From a virus (lineage: Duplodnaviria; Caudoviricetes): a DNA stretch of 55,554 nucleotides. Of this stretch, positions 19,144 through 28,683 are shown piece by piece. The position numbers were made by a program, and so were the translations under genes. The DNA lies in IMG/VR virus record IMGVR_UViG_3300048587_001023, positions 1-55,554 of that record; one strand, 5' to 3'. Position 1 is the first letter of the stretch. Each line of letters begins with the position of its first letter. The notes beneath the pieces are model-generated. The model searched no databases. It had not been told where the DNA came from and worked only from the letters and a program-made list of their open reading frames with translations.

Positions 19144-19427
19144 TGGTCGCGATCACCGACCTCTACGATGCCGCGGCCCGCGCCGGCCTGTTGACTCCGG
19201 TCACGGTCGGCGCGGTCACCGTCGCCTGCAGCTTTCGGGCACCGGATGAATCGGTGCTCGATGGCCTCGCGCTGTCGCGCGATTACGCCATCGAGTACCC
19301 AAGCGCCCGGCTATCGCTGAGCACCGGCGACACCGTCGAGATCCTGGGCCAGACCTATCGGGTGCGCGAGGTGCTGGCGCTGCGCGATGGCAGTGAGTGC
19401 CGGGCCAAGCTCGCGAGGTTGTCATGA
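19143..19427 (+). CDS. Head-tail joining protein
   Basis: GDTVEILGQTYRVREV...DGSE; TGATG overlap with the capsid gene. Confidence 0.75.
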   Translation: MVAITDLYDAAARAGLLTPVTVGAVTVACSFRAPDESVLDGLALSRDYAIEYPSARLSLSTGDTVEILGQTYRVREVLALRDGSECRAKLARLS

Positions 19428-19852
19428 CCTCGCGCCGCGAAGCGATTCTCCGTGAAGTCTTGGCTCGCTGCCGTGCCGCCGTTACACCGGTGGCAGTGAT
19501 ACGCGACCCCGGCATTGCCCTGACCCGGGACCAGGTGCCGGCGCTGGTGCTGACGATCGAGGCCGATGCTCCGCTCGGACGTCACAACGATCGGATCGAA
19601 CGCGCGTTGGCCGTTCGCCTGACCGCCCTGGTGCGCTCCCCAGGCGATGGCCACGCCGAGGCGGATGCGTTGATCTGCGCGGCCCACGCCGCGCTGTTCA
19701 CCGACGTCAGCCTGGGCGGTCTCGCGCTCGACATCACCGAGCTCGAAGCGGACTACCAGATCGAGGACGCCGATCTCGATGCCATCGCGATCCCGGCGCT
19801 CTACCGCATCACCTACCGAACCCTCGTTTCCGATCTTCGCCAAGGAGGCTGA
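19424..19852 (+). CDS. Putative tail terminator/completion protein
   Basis: SRREAIL...YRITYRT; size and position. Confidence 0.6.
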   Translation: MTSRREAILREVLARCRAAVTPVAVIRDPGIALTRDQVPALVLTIEADAPLGRHNDRIERALAVRLTALVRSPGDGHAEADALICAAHAALFTDVSLGGLALDITELEADYQIEDADLDAIAIPALYRITYRTLVSDLRQGG

Positions 19853-19853
19853 G

Positions 19854-20054
19854 ATGCCTGCGCTGCAACTCACCGCGCCGCATACCCATGCCGGCGTGTC
19901 CTATCCCGCGGGTCACGTGCTCGACGTGGATGCCCACACCGCCCGCTGGCTGCTCGATCAGGGCATCGCCATCGCCCTCGACCCGCCGGCCGAACCGCCG
20001 CCCGCCGCGCCCGCCGTGCCGGCCCGGCCCATCAAACCGCACACCAAGGAGTGA
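19854..20054 (+). CDS. Small phage protein
   Basis: PHTHAGVSYPAGHVLDVD...ARWL; RBS AAGGAGG. Confidence 0.65.
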   Translation: MPALQLTAPHTHAGVSYPAGHVLDVDAHTARWLLDQGIAIALDPPAEPPPAAPAVPARPIKPHTKE

Positions 20055-20060
20055 TTCCGC

Positions 20061-20816
20061 ATGTCCTTCTACGCTTCCTTCCAAGGCCGCGTGTACCTCG
20101 GTAAGCGCGACGCCAACGGCGCGCCGATCGAGGTGCGCTCGCCCGGCAACGTCGCCGACCTCTCGCTGTCGCTCAAATCCGATGTGATCGAGCACTACGA
20201 GAGCCAGTCCGGCCAACGCGCAGTGGATCTGCGTCTGGTCAAACAGAAATCCGCCACGGTGATGCTCACCATCGAGGAGTTCACCAAGGAAAACCTCGCG
20301 CTCGCCCTGTACGGCAACTACGTCACCGGCGCGGGCGGCAGCGTCACCGATGAACCGATCGAAGGCGCGGCGCCCACCCTCGGCGATCGCTACTGCCTGG
20401 CCCACCCCAAGGTGTCGGCACTAACGGTGGTCGATTCGGCCGCCACGCCGGCGACGCTCACGCTCGGCACCCACTACACCGCCGATGTCGACTTCGGTGC
20501 CGTCCAGTTGCTGGACATCACCGGCCTGACGCCGCCGTTCAAGGCGAGCTACACCTTTGGTGCAGTGACCGAGATCGGCATCTTCACCCAGCCACTCCCC
20601 GAGCGTTTCCTGCGGCTGGAGGGCGTGAACACCGCCGCCGGCAACGCCAAGGTGCTGGTCGAGCTGTACCGCGTCGCGTTCGATCCACTGAAGAAGCTCG
20701 ACTTCATCTCCAACGAGCTCAACAAGTTCGAACTCGAAGGCTCGCTGCTCGCGGACTCCACCAAACCCTTCGATGCGACGCTCGGCCAGTTCGGCCGCAT
20801 CGTGCAGATCGGGTGA
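20061..20816 (+). CDS. Major tail tube protein
   Basis: QGRVYLG, GNVADLSL, VELYRV; position before the chaperone and tape measure genes. Confidence 0.8.
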   Translation: MSFYASFQGRVYLGKRDANGAPIEVRSPGNVADLSLSLKSDVIEHYESQSGQRAVDLRLVKQKSATVMLTIEEFTKENLALALYGNYVTGAGGSVTDEPIEGAAPTLGDRYCLAHPKVSALTVVDSAATPATLTLGTHYTADVDFGAVQLLDITGLTPPFKASYTFGAVTEIGIFTQPLPERFLRLEGVNTAAGNAKVLVELYRVAFDPLKKLDFISNELNKFELEGSLLADSTKPFDATLGQFGRIVQIG

Positions 20817-21244
20817 GTGCCATGACCGACACGATGTTTGCGGCGCTGCCGCCGCTGGCCGATTCACTGACCATCGCCGGCGAGACCCTCGAGATCACGC
20901 CGCTGCGCGTGGGCGAACTGCCGTCGTTCGCCCGCGCCGTTCAGCCGATCGCCGGGCGCCTGTCCGTTGATCCCGACTGGTTGCGATTGCTGGCCGACGA
21001 CGGCGATGCCGTACTGCAGGCACTGGCCATCGCCTGCCGACGACCGCTCGCCTGGGTGGCCGGCCTCGCGATCGACGAGGCGATCCGGCTGGCGGAGGCG
21101 GTCTTCGCCGCGAACGCGGATTTTTTTCTGCGCCGGGTGGTGCCGGAGATCAGCCGCGCGAGCGCCGGCCTCCAGCAGCGGATGCCTGGGCTGACGTCAT
21201 TCACCGACTCGTCCGCGCCGGCCACCGCTACCCCGATCTGCTGA
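20813..21244 (+). CDS. Tail assembly chaperone (gpG-like)
   Basis: NADFF motif containing slippery T-TTT-TTT at 21121-21127. Confidence 0.75.
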   Translation: MSAMTDTMFAALPPLADSLTIAGETLEITPLRVGELPSFARAVQPIAGRLSVDPDWLRLLADDGDAVLQALAIACRRPLAWVAGLAIDEAIRLAEAVFAANADFFLRRVVPEISRASAGLQQRMPGLTSFTDSSAPATATPIC

Positions 21245-21393
21245 CCTACACCCTGGTGCAGGTGCGCTGCTTTCTGGCGGCCAGTGACCGCGCCGAGCGC
21301 GAGGCCCTGGCCGCGCAGTTCGCGCTGCTCGTCACCGCGCAGCGCGGCGGCCGCGCAGAGATCCAATCGCTGTTGAAAGAACTGAGCTCATGA
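21127..21393 (+). CDS. -1 frameshift extension of the tail chaperone (gpGT-like); not in the ORF track
   Basis: -1 frame open from the slip site to TGA 21391-21393: ...WADVIHRLVRAGHRYPDLLTYTLVQVRCFL...LKELSS*. Confidence 0.75.
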   Translation, partial: SAPGGAGDQPRERRPPAADAWADVIHRLVRAGHRYPDLLTYTLVQVRCFLAASDRAEREALAAQFALLVTAQRGGRAEIQSLLKELSS

Positions 21394-21467
21394 CAAAACG
21401 ACAGGACTGGCGTTTTGCACGCCCGAAGGGCGCCCGTCAGGGTGGCGCACAGGGATGTGCGCCATGA
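21390..21467 (+). repeat. 78-bp ATGA-to-ATGA junction element, copy 1 (25-aa mini-ORF, CsrA-type hairpin)
   Basis: 77/78 identical to 29525-29602; reads MTKRQDWRFARPKGARQGGAQGCAP*. Confidence 0.9.
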
Positions 21468-22117
21468 AGCTGTCCCTGACCACCGGCGGCCTGCTCGATC
21501 CCAAGCGGCTCGACAGTTGGGTACCGGCCAAGCGCCGGGCCATTCGCAAAGCCGTCGAGGCCGGAATGAAGACGGCGGGCAAGGACATCGCCCTGCTCGC
21601 ACAGGCGCGCATGGGCTCGGCCTTCACGGTGCGCAAGGCGGGCTTCGTGAAGTCGATGCGGCATCGACTCTACGCCGGCAGTCCGGAGCGCTTCCCGGCG
21701 CTGCGAATCGGCTCGCGAATTCCCTGGCTGGGCATCCATCTGCGTGGCGGCAGCATCAGCGGCCGGATGCTGATTCCGCTGCTGCCCGAACACCGCCGGA
21801 TCGGCCGCCGGGCCTTTCGCCGTGTGATCGACGCGCTGATGCGCTCGGGCAATGCCTTCTTCATCGAGCGCAACGGCAAGGTCATCTTGATGGCCGAAAA
21901 CATTCGGGAGAACGCCTCCCAACTCGGCCGCTTCCGGCGTGCCGAGCGCGCGCGCCGCGGTGCGGGCGCGATTCGCCGCGGAGAGGAAATCCCCATCGCC
22001 GTGCTGGTGCCCACCGTGGTGCTGCGCCGCCGCTTCGACCTGTCGGGCCTCGTTCGCTCGCAACTGCCCAAGCTCGCCGACGCCATCGTGAAGCAACTGG
22101 ACGCCCATGGCCTCTGA
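21464..22117 (+). CDS. DUF6441-like basic phage protein (possible neck/tail completion protein)
   Basis: Arg-rich, GSRIPWLGIH, IPIAVLV; SD AGGGA 8 nt upstream. Confidence 0.7.
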   Translation: MKLSLTTGGLLDPKRLDSWVPAKRRAIRKAVEAGMKTAGKDIALLAQARMGSAFTVRKAGFVKSMRHRLYAGSPERFPALRIGSRIPWLGIHLRGGSISGRMLIPLLPEHRRIGRRAFRRVIDALMRSGNAFFIERNGKVILMAENIRENASQLGRFRRAERARRGAGAIRRGEEIPIAVLVPTVVLRRRFDLSGLVRSQLPKLADAIVKQLDAHGL

Positions 22118-25067
22118 CCGCGCGCAAATCCTGATCACCGCGGTCGACCAGACGCGGGCGGCGCTCGCCTCGGTGAAGGGCAACCTCGAGGGCCTGTCCG
22201 CGGCGGCGAGCAAAGTCAGTGGCGTGCTGGCGAGCCTGGGCGTTGCACTGTCGGTGGGCGCCCTGGTCGCCGCCGGTCGGGCCGCGCTCAATACCGCAGA
22301 CGATCTCGCCAAGCTCGCGCAGAAGACCGGCCTGTCGGTCGAGTCGCTTTCGCTGCTGAAGCCAATCGCCGAGCAGGCTGGCGTCTCGTTGGAGGGGCTG
22401 GCCAAAGGTATGCAACGGCTCGCAACCTCGATGATCGAGGCTGCGGGCGGATCTCAGGCACAAGCCGAGGTGTTTCGCCGCCTCGGCGTATCAGTCACCG
22501 ACGCGGCGGGCCAGATTCGCCCGACCGAGCAGGTGCTGCTAGACCTGTCCGATGCGTTTGCGTCGATGCCGGACGGTGCCGAAAAATCGGCGCTGGCGGT
22601 GCGCTTGTTCGGCAAGAGCGGCGTCGAGCTGATCCCCTTCCTGAATCAAGGGCGCGCCGGCATCGAGCAGTTGAAGGAGCAGTTCAAGGCGCTCGGCATC
22701 GAGATCAGCGGCGACACCGCACGTGCCGCCGAGAAATTCAACGACACCCTCGACACCGTCAAGCAGGCGCTGCAAGGCATCGCGATGCGCATTGCCGAAG
22801 CGGCGCTGCCAGCGCTGCAGCAGTTGGCCGATGCGCTGGTCGTCGCGGCCAGCCACGGCAGCGAGATCACTACCGTCGTGCGCGTGCTCGGCGAGGTGAT
22901 CTTCGCGGCGCTAGCGGTCAAGGGCGCGACCGCGGTTGCGGCGTTGCTGCAGTCGGTCACCGTGCTCAAGGCCGCCTTCATGCGGTTCTTGCCGGTTCTG
23001 GCGGCGGTCGCGGTGTGGGAAGTCGGCAGCGGCATCGTGCAGGCGATCCAGGACATCCGCGAAACCGATCGCATGCTGGATCAACTCGCGCGCCAGCGCG
23101 AGAACCTGGCGCTGCTCACCCAGGCCATGGACGAGTTGGCCGCGAACGGAGTCGTCAGCGTCAAAACGCAGATGGCGCTGGCCGCGCTGGCCGCCGAGCG
23201 CCTGAAGGAAACGCTGCCCGCCACCGCCGATGCGCTGCGCGGCATCCAGGGCGCCGCCACCCAAGCCGGCGAGGCCATCCGCCAATCCCTCGATGCCGAG
23301 GCCAAGAAGGCCGCCGAAACGGTCAAGCAGTTGGCGACCACCCATCAGAAGGTCGCCAGCGATATCAAGGCGATCTGGGATGCTCGCGTCGCCGCCATCG
23401 AGGCCAACTACAAGCGGCAGGAGGCCGCCGCGCAGAACTCGGCGCGCTCCGAATCGGCTGCGATTCGGGACACCACCCGCGCACTGGTAAACGCCGAGCG
23501 CGACAAATTGACGGCAGTCGAAGCCGGTGCGCGGCAAGCTGAAGCCACCTGGCGCACTACCTATGCGCAAGCCGTGGCCTTGGCCCGCGCGGCCGGTCAG
23601 GACGTGCAGGCGGTCGAGCGGCAGGCGGTCGATGCGCGCATCGCGCTCTACCGGCAGTTGGAATCCGCCTACCGCGCCACGGTCGATCGACTGATCGCCG
23701 AGGAACAACGCCATCTGCAGGCGGCCAAGGCCGCCGATGACGCGCGGCTCAACCTGCGCCTGTCGGTCGAGGATCGCATCCGCGAGCTCTCGCGCCGGGG
23801 CATGGACGAGTACGCGGCCTATCAGGACCGGCTGCGACAGATCGATGAGAAGCAGGCGCAGGCGCGCGATGCCCTCGCCGCCGGCAACTATGAGCAGGCC
23901 CGCAAGCTGGCCGAGGAAGCCATTGCGCTCGCCGAGCGCTCGGCCTCGGCGGTGACCAAACAGGTCGAGCAGAACGGCAAGGCCATCACCCAGACCCTGG
24001 TGTCGGAAGGCCAGGCTGCTGCCACCGCCATTGCGGAGATCAAGGACGCCGCCGGCATCGCCGATGCCGCCCTCGATGGCCTGGGCGATGCCCACCGCCG
24101 CGCGGCCTCGGCGGCGGGCGACGGCGCCGATCAAGCCAAACGCGCGCTGGCCTCGGTCACCTCCGAACTCGGCAAGCTGCGCGAGCAATTGCTGGCGCAG
24201 GACACGCTCAAGCTCGAGGTCGATCTCGATGCCGCGCGCGACGGTATCGCCCGGATCAAAGCGCTGACCGAGGCCGAAACCCTGATCGCGCAGATCCAGA
24301 TCGATACCCGTGAGGCGCGGGCCTCGCTGGAGAAACTGCAGGCGGATGTCGACAACCTGTCCTTGCTCGCCACCGTCGAGGTCGACAGTCGCCAGGTGCT
24401 CGACGATATCGACCGGCTCAAGCGCACGCTGACCGACGTCGGTGTCGACATCCCTGCGCTGGTGTCGTTCGATCAACCGCGGCAGGCGCTGGCGGCCTTC
24501 GCGACGGACGCCAAGATCGTGCTCACGGCGCCGACCGAGGCTACCCATACGCCCAACCCCGATCTGTCGCGCTACCGCGCGGCCGTATCGGAACTCTCGC
24601 GCCCGACCAGCAGCACCCACACGATCTACGTCAGTCGAGTGCAGACCAACGCGCAGGGCGGCTTGATTCAGCGCTTGGCCGAAGGGGGTCAGGCGGTGAC
24701 GGGTGCCTTCCGGCGCGTGGCCGGTCGCGTGCTGGGTCCGGGCACGGAGACGTCGGATTCGGTGCCCGCGCTGCTGTCCCACGGCGAGTTCGTGATTCGC
24801 GCCGCCAGCGTGCGCCGGTTCGGCGAAGGGTTCTTCGCCGCGCTCAATGCAGGCTTGCTGCCTGCACTTCCGCGCTTTGCTGTGGGTGGCGCGGCCGCAA
24901 CCACGCTGCGGAGTGTGATCGGCCACGCCGACACCGGATCGGCCTCGGCGCGCGAAGTGGTGGATCTGCGTTTCCATGTGGGCGGCAAGACGCACGCGGT
25001 GCAGTCCTCACGCGAGACGGCGATGCATCTGGCTCAGGCACTGCGCGAACTGTCGCGGGGCGCGTGA
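22107..25067 (+). CDS. Tail tape measure protein
   Basis: ILITAVDQT start, LFGKSG motif, long Ala-rich helical body, C-terminal GPGTETSDSVPALLSHGEFV. Confidence 0.92.
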   Translation: MASDRAQILITAVDQTRAALASVKGNLEGLSAAASKVSGVLASLGVALSVGALVAAGRAALNTADDLAKLAQKTGLSVESLSLLKPIAEQAGVSLEGLAKGMQRLATSMIEAAGGSQAQAEVFRRLGVSVTDAAGQIRPTEQVLLDLSDAFASMPDGAEKSALAVRLFGKSGVELIPFLNQGRAGIEQLKEQFKALGIEISGDTARAAEKFNDTLDTVKQALQGIAMRIAEAALPALQQLADALVVAASHGSEITTVVRVLGEVIFAALAVKGATAVAALLQSVTVLKAAFMRFLPVLAAVAVWEVGSGIVQAIQDIRETDRMLDQLARQRENLALLTQAMDELAANGVVSVKTQMALAALAAERLKETLPATADALRGIQGAATQAGEAIRQSLDAEAKKAAETVKQLATTHQKVASDIKAIWDARVAAIEANYKRQEAAAQNSARSESAAIRDTTRALVNAERDKLTAVEAGARQAEATWRTTYAQAVALARAAGQDVQAVERQAVDARIALYRQLESAYRATVDRLIAEEQRHLQAAKAADDARLNLRLSVEDRIRELSRRGMDEYAAYQDRLRQIDEKQAQARDALAAGNYEQARKLAEEAIALAERSASAVTKQVEQNGKAITQTLVSEGQAAATAIAEIKDAAGIADAALDGLGDAHRRAASAAGDGADQAKRALASVTSELGKLREQLLAQDTLKLEVDLDAARDGIARIKALTEAETLIAQIQIDTREARASLEKLQADVDNLSLLATVEVDSRQVLDDIDRLKRTLTDVGVDIPALVSFDQPRQALAAFATDAKIVLTAPTEATHTPNPDLSRYRAAVSELSRPTSSTHTIYVSRVQTNAQGGLIQRLAEGGQAVTGAFRRVAGRVLGPGTETSDSVPALLSHGEFVIRAASVRRFGEGFFAALNAGLLPALPRFAVGGAAATTLRSVIGHADTGSASAREVVDLRFHVGGKTHAVQSSRETAMHLAQALRELSRGA

Positions 25068-27235
25068 TGACCAAGCAGTCTGCAACCGTCGTCCGCGTCC
25101 ACGAATGTCCCTGGCCGGCATTCGAGACCACCATCGACCCGTGCGACCGCGATCTGTACGACTGGATCGAAAGCGTGCCCTCGGTGCTGCGCACCGTGTC
25201 GATGAACGTCGAGTTCCAACGCATCACGATGGTGACCTCGCAGAAGCAGTACGAGGCGTGGTCGCGCTGCGAGGCCAGTCGCTACGAAACGCCTTCGGCA
25301 CCGGCAGCGGGCTTGCGCATCGCCATCGCCAGCCAAGTCGCCGGCAGCACGGCGAGCACCGACCAGGAAGAATCCCCGGAGACCGTGTCGGCGCGCCTGT
25401 CGCTGTCCTTCACGCCAAGCACGGTGACGCCCCACACCTGCCCGCCGATCGCCTATCCCGTGCTGCATCGCGTGGCGCAGGTCGGCATCAATTCCTACCT
25501 GCAAAACACCCAAGTCGAGTTCACCACCGCGCCCAGCACGATTTGGGACGGTATCGGTCCCTGGGAAGGCAGCAAGGTGTTCATGTGTTGGACGCGCACG
25601 AACTGGTCGCTGCGCAGCCTGCAGCACTTCTTTCGTGGCCAGCTGCGGATCCGCAATCCCAAGGTGTTTGATCATTGGGTGCAGTTCGCTGCGTTCGACG
25701 CGCCGCCAGCGCCACAGAGCCTGGTCGTCCGCGGCCAGCCCTACAACGCCAGCGCGCTGCAGGTGCTGACCATTGGACCGGTCAGCGGCCAAGGCTGGCG
25801 AGTGATCACCGAGTACTGCAATCAGGACACCGGCGAGACCCTGCTGGTGGACCGCTGGCTGACCGGTGGCCTGTGGTCCGAGGTGGGATTGGGCGGCTAT
25901 GGGACCGAGCATTCGTTCTTCGACACCCTCCCGAGCAACGCGCCCACCGCCACCGACGGCACCTGGCTGCACCGCGTCTGCGTCTACGCCTTCCAGCGGC
26001 CATCGACGGCCTTCAGCGTGCGCTACGACGGCATCGAACTGGTCGCGGGGCATTCGGCAATCACGCCCTCGATCACCACCGAATACCAACCCGGCGTCAG
26101 CACCGGCATTGCCTCCGTCGATGACTCGGTCGATATCCGCACGGTCGGCGCGAACAAGGCTGCTTTCCGCATCTTGGGCATTGAACCGGTGCCGGGCTTC
26201 GGGGTCCGCTTCACCGTGCAACTGATCAACGAGTTGCACTTCGATGCCTGCATCGTCAGCCCGTTCCTGTCCGGCATCGGCGATCGCAGCTCGTGGCAGA
26301 CCAATACCGGCATGCACTTTGAGATGCCGCCGGTGTGGGTGGTGCGAAACCTGCCCGCGAACTCGGCCAGCGAGCCGATTGGCGTGCTGGTGCCGATGCG
26401 CATCCTCGAAACCGGTGATTGGCCACTGCGTGATTTGCATTGGCGGCTGGCCATCACCCAGCAGGCCTACCCGGCCCCGCTCAATCATTTTGCCGATGGC
26501 GTGTATGGCGGCGGCAGCAATGCGCTCTACCCAAACATCGGCAGTTGGCCACCACCGGGCTATCGGATCAGCAGCAATCCCGAGCAGGTCGCCTTTCTGC
26601 TCGCCGGTTACCTGGAGAACGGTGATGTGGTGTGGAACAGCGCCTGGGATGGCTCGGCCGATACCCAGCGCGTACTGGTCACGGTGCCCGTGCGCCGCGC
26701 TCCCGGCGCCGAAGTGATCGCCATGCGCGATCCGCAGTTCTCTAGCACTGCGGTGTCGTACTTCGAACAGAAGCCGTTTCGCGCCTACATCGAGTGGACC
26801 GCGGAGAAGCGCATTTCCAGCAACCCGGAAGTCTGGGAGCCGCGCACCGGTCGCGTGGCGCTGGGTCTGGACCTGCAACCGGCACTGACCCGCTACGGAC
26901 GCACGCTGACGGTGCCGGTCGCGGCCGGCCGTCCGATGTGGTCGCCCTACTACGGCAAATGGATCACCGTGTTCGAGTCCTGGCCCGGAGGCGATGTCGA
27001 GGAGTTGGAGGTCCATCTCGTCGATACCTATTTGCGACCGAACTATCCGGCGAGCCAGGGCTGGCGGAACTTTCAGTACACCTCGCTCAAGAAGCCCTAC
27101 CTCACCGCCAACGTGGCGTGGTGGTTCGCGAGCACGCCCTTCCAGGACCAGCCCGGCTACCTGCACGCGCTCACCCTGATCAAAGAAGCCCCCAACGCCG
27201 ACACCGTCGACGTGGCGCTCGTCGGCTACTGGTAG
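25067..27235 (+). CDS. Large hypothetical virion/tail protein (722 aa)
   Basis: TGATG-coupled to the tape measure gene; phage-like codon use; Trp/Pro/Thr-rich; no recognised motif. Confidence 0.7.
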   Translation: MTKQSATVVRVHECPWPAFETTIDPCDRDLYDWIESVPSVLRTVSMNVEFQRITMVTSQKQYEAWSRCEASRYETPSAPAAGLRIAIASQVAGSTASTDQEESPETVSARLSLSFTPSTVTPHTCPPIAYPVLHRVAQVGINSYLQNTQVEFTTAPSTIWDGIGPWEGSKVFMCWTRTNWSLRSLQHFFRGQLRIRNPKVFDHWVQFAAFDAPPAPQSLVVRGQPYNASALQVLTIGPVSGQGWRVITEYCNQDTGETLLVDRWLTGGLWSEVGLGGYGTEHSFFDTLPSNAPTATDGTWLHRVCVYAFQRPSTAFSVRYDGIELVAGHSAITPSITTEYQPGVSTGIASVDDSVDIRTVGANKAAFRILGIEPVPGFGVRFTVQLINELHFDACIVSPFLSGIGDRSSWQTNTGMHFEMPPVWVVRNLPANSASEPIGVLVPMRILETGDWPLRDLHWRLAITQQAYPAPLNHFADGVYGGGSNALYPNIGSWPPPGYRISSNPEQVAFLLAGYLENGDVVWNSAWDGSADTQRVLVTVPVRRAPGAEVIAMRDPQFSSTAVSYFEQKPFRAYIEWTAEKRISSNPEVWEPRTGRVALGLDLQPALTRYGRTLTVPVAAGRPMWSPYYGKWITVFESWPGGDVEELEVHLVDTYLRPNYPASQGWRNFQYTSLKKPYLTANVAWWFASTPFQDQPGYLHALTLIKEAPNADTVDVALVGYW

Positions 27236-27246
27236 GACCACCGCCA

Positions 27247-27627
27247 ATGATTGTTCTGGACGGCATTGCCTTGCCGATGGGCCTGCTGTGGTCCGATGAA
27301 TTTGCCGCGGGGTCGGTCGCGCAAACCATGCGTCGCACGCTCGATGGCTCGCTGGTCGTGTTCTACAGCGCGCTGCATGCCGGTCTGCCGATCACGCTCG
27401 AATCGCAGGCCGATGCCGGCTGGTTGCAACGCCATCAGGTCGAAGCCCTGGCGCTGCGCGCAGCCAGTCCCGGCGGCGTCTATCCGCTGACCCTGCGTGG
27501 CCAGACCCGCGCCGTGATGTTCCGCCACCACGACGCACCCGCCTTCGAGGCCAAGCCGCTGGTTGCGCTCGCCACGCCGCAGGCCGGCGACTACTACCTC
27601 GCCACGCTCAAGCTCATGACCGTCTGA
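27247..27627 (+). CDS. Putative distal tail (Dit-like) protein
   Basis: LLWSDEF...RRTLDGSLVV...PITL. Confidence 0.65.
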   Translation: MIVLDGIALPMGLLWSDEFAAGSVAQTMRRTLDGSLVVFYSALHAGLPITLESQADAGWLQRHQVEALALRAASPGGVYPLTLRGQTRAVMFRHHDAPAFEAKPLVALATPQAGDYYLATLKLMTV

Positions 27628-27672
27628 GCAGGCGGCTTCATTCAACACCCGCAGTACCGAAGGACTTCGCTC

Positions 27673-28683
27673 ATGCCCATTCTCGACAATGAAATCGTCT
27701 GGCGCCCCTCGGCGCTGGTCTCCGACAGCACGCCCGCGCAAAACGGTGGCCGCATGGCCAGCGCGTTGCTGATCTCCGGCGTCAAAAACAACCTGTTCCC
27801 CGACGTTTCTCAAGCCGAGCGGCTCGCCGGCTCGGTGAAGTGGCGCAAGGCCTTCGTGCACGTAAACAGCGTTCAGGACACGGCCCTGCTCAATGTGCGG
27901 CTGTTCCTGGATGCGCTGACGCCCGCGGGCGATTTCGTGCTGTTCCAGCCGGGCACCCAGACCGACACCGAGAACCAGATCAGCGGTCGGGTCTATGGCG
28001 TCGGTACGCTGTTCTCGCCGATCACCGCGGGCAGCAGCCAGTTTCAGGTCGCCTGCGAGAACCCCAGCGAGTACGCCACCTTGCAGCCATTTCGCGTCGG
28101 CGATGTGTTGCGCGTGGCGGACCGGCCAAGTGTTGGCGGCGCCGGCAACGAAGACTGGGTGACGGTCACATCAATCACATACGGCGCCGACTACGCCACC
28201 GTCGATGTGGCCTCCCCGCTGGCCAACAGCTACGGCACTGCGAACACCGTCGTCTCCAGCGTGTTGGAAGTCGCCAGCGTTGCCGGCACCGTCAGCAGCG
28301 TGGTGGTGACCAGCGTCGGCGGCAGCTTCAATTCCGCGACGGTCGGCAATTTGGTCGCACACAACAAAGGCGCGGTGGCCGAGAGCTGGACACTGACCTT
28401 TACCGGCGCCACCAGTTACACCGTCAGCGGTACCAGCGTCGGCGCGCTGCCGAGCAGCGGCTCCACCAGCGCCGATTACGCGCCCATCAACCCGAGCACT
28501 GGCACGCCCTATTTCACGATCAAGGCGCTCGGCTGGGGCGGTAACTTCCAGACCGGCAACACCATGACGTTCACCACCACGCCCGCCGCGATCCCGGTCT
28601 GGTATCGACGCCAGGTGCCGGCCGGCACCTTCAGCCTGGCCAACGACTATGCATCGCTCGCCATCCATGGGGAGAGCGCCTGA
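27673..28683 (+). CDS. Tail structural protein
   Basis: NGGRM...NNLFPDVSQAERLAG...RKAF; Thr/Ser/Gly-rich beta-type composition. Confidence 0.7.
   Translation: MPILDNEIVWRPSALVSDSTPAQNGGRMASALLISGVKNNLFPDVSQAERLAGSVKWRKAFVHVNSVQDTALLNVRLFLDALTPAGDFVLFQPGTQTDTENQISGRVYGVGTLFSPITAGSSQFQVACENPSEYATLQPFRVGDVLRVADRPSVGGAGNEDWVTVTSITYGADYATVDVASPLANSYGTANTVVSSVLEVASVAGTVSSVVVTSVGGSFNSATVGNLVAHNKGAVAESWTLTFTGATSYTVSGTSVGALPSSGSTSADYAPINPSTGTPYFTIKALGWGGNFQTGNTMTFTTTPAAIPVWYRRQVPAGTFSLANDYASLAIHGESA

Noticed and set aside
22911-27247. Very long antisense ORFs (694 aa and 737 aa) and many similar shadow ORFs across the window
   Set aside because: They mirror sense genes with strong GC3 bias, which suppresses antisense stop codons; the translations have no recognisable motifs.
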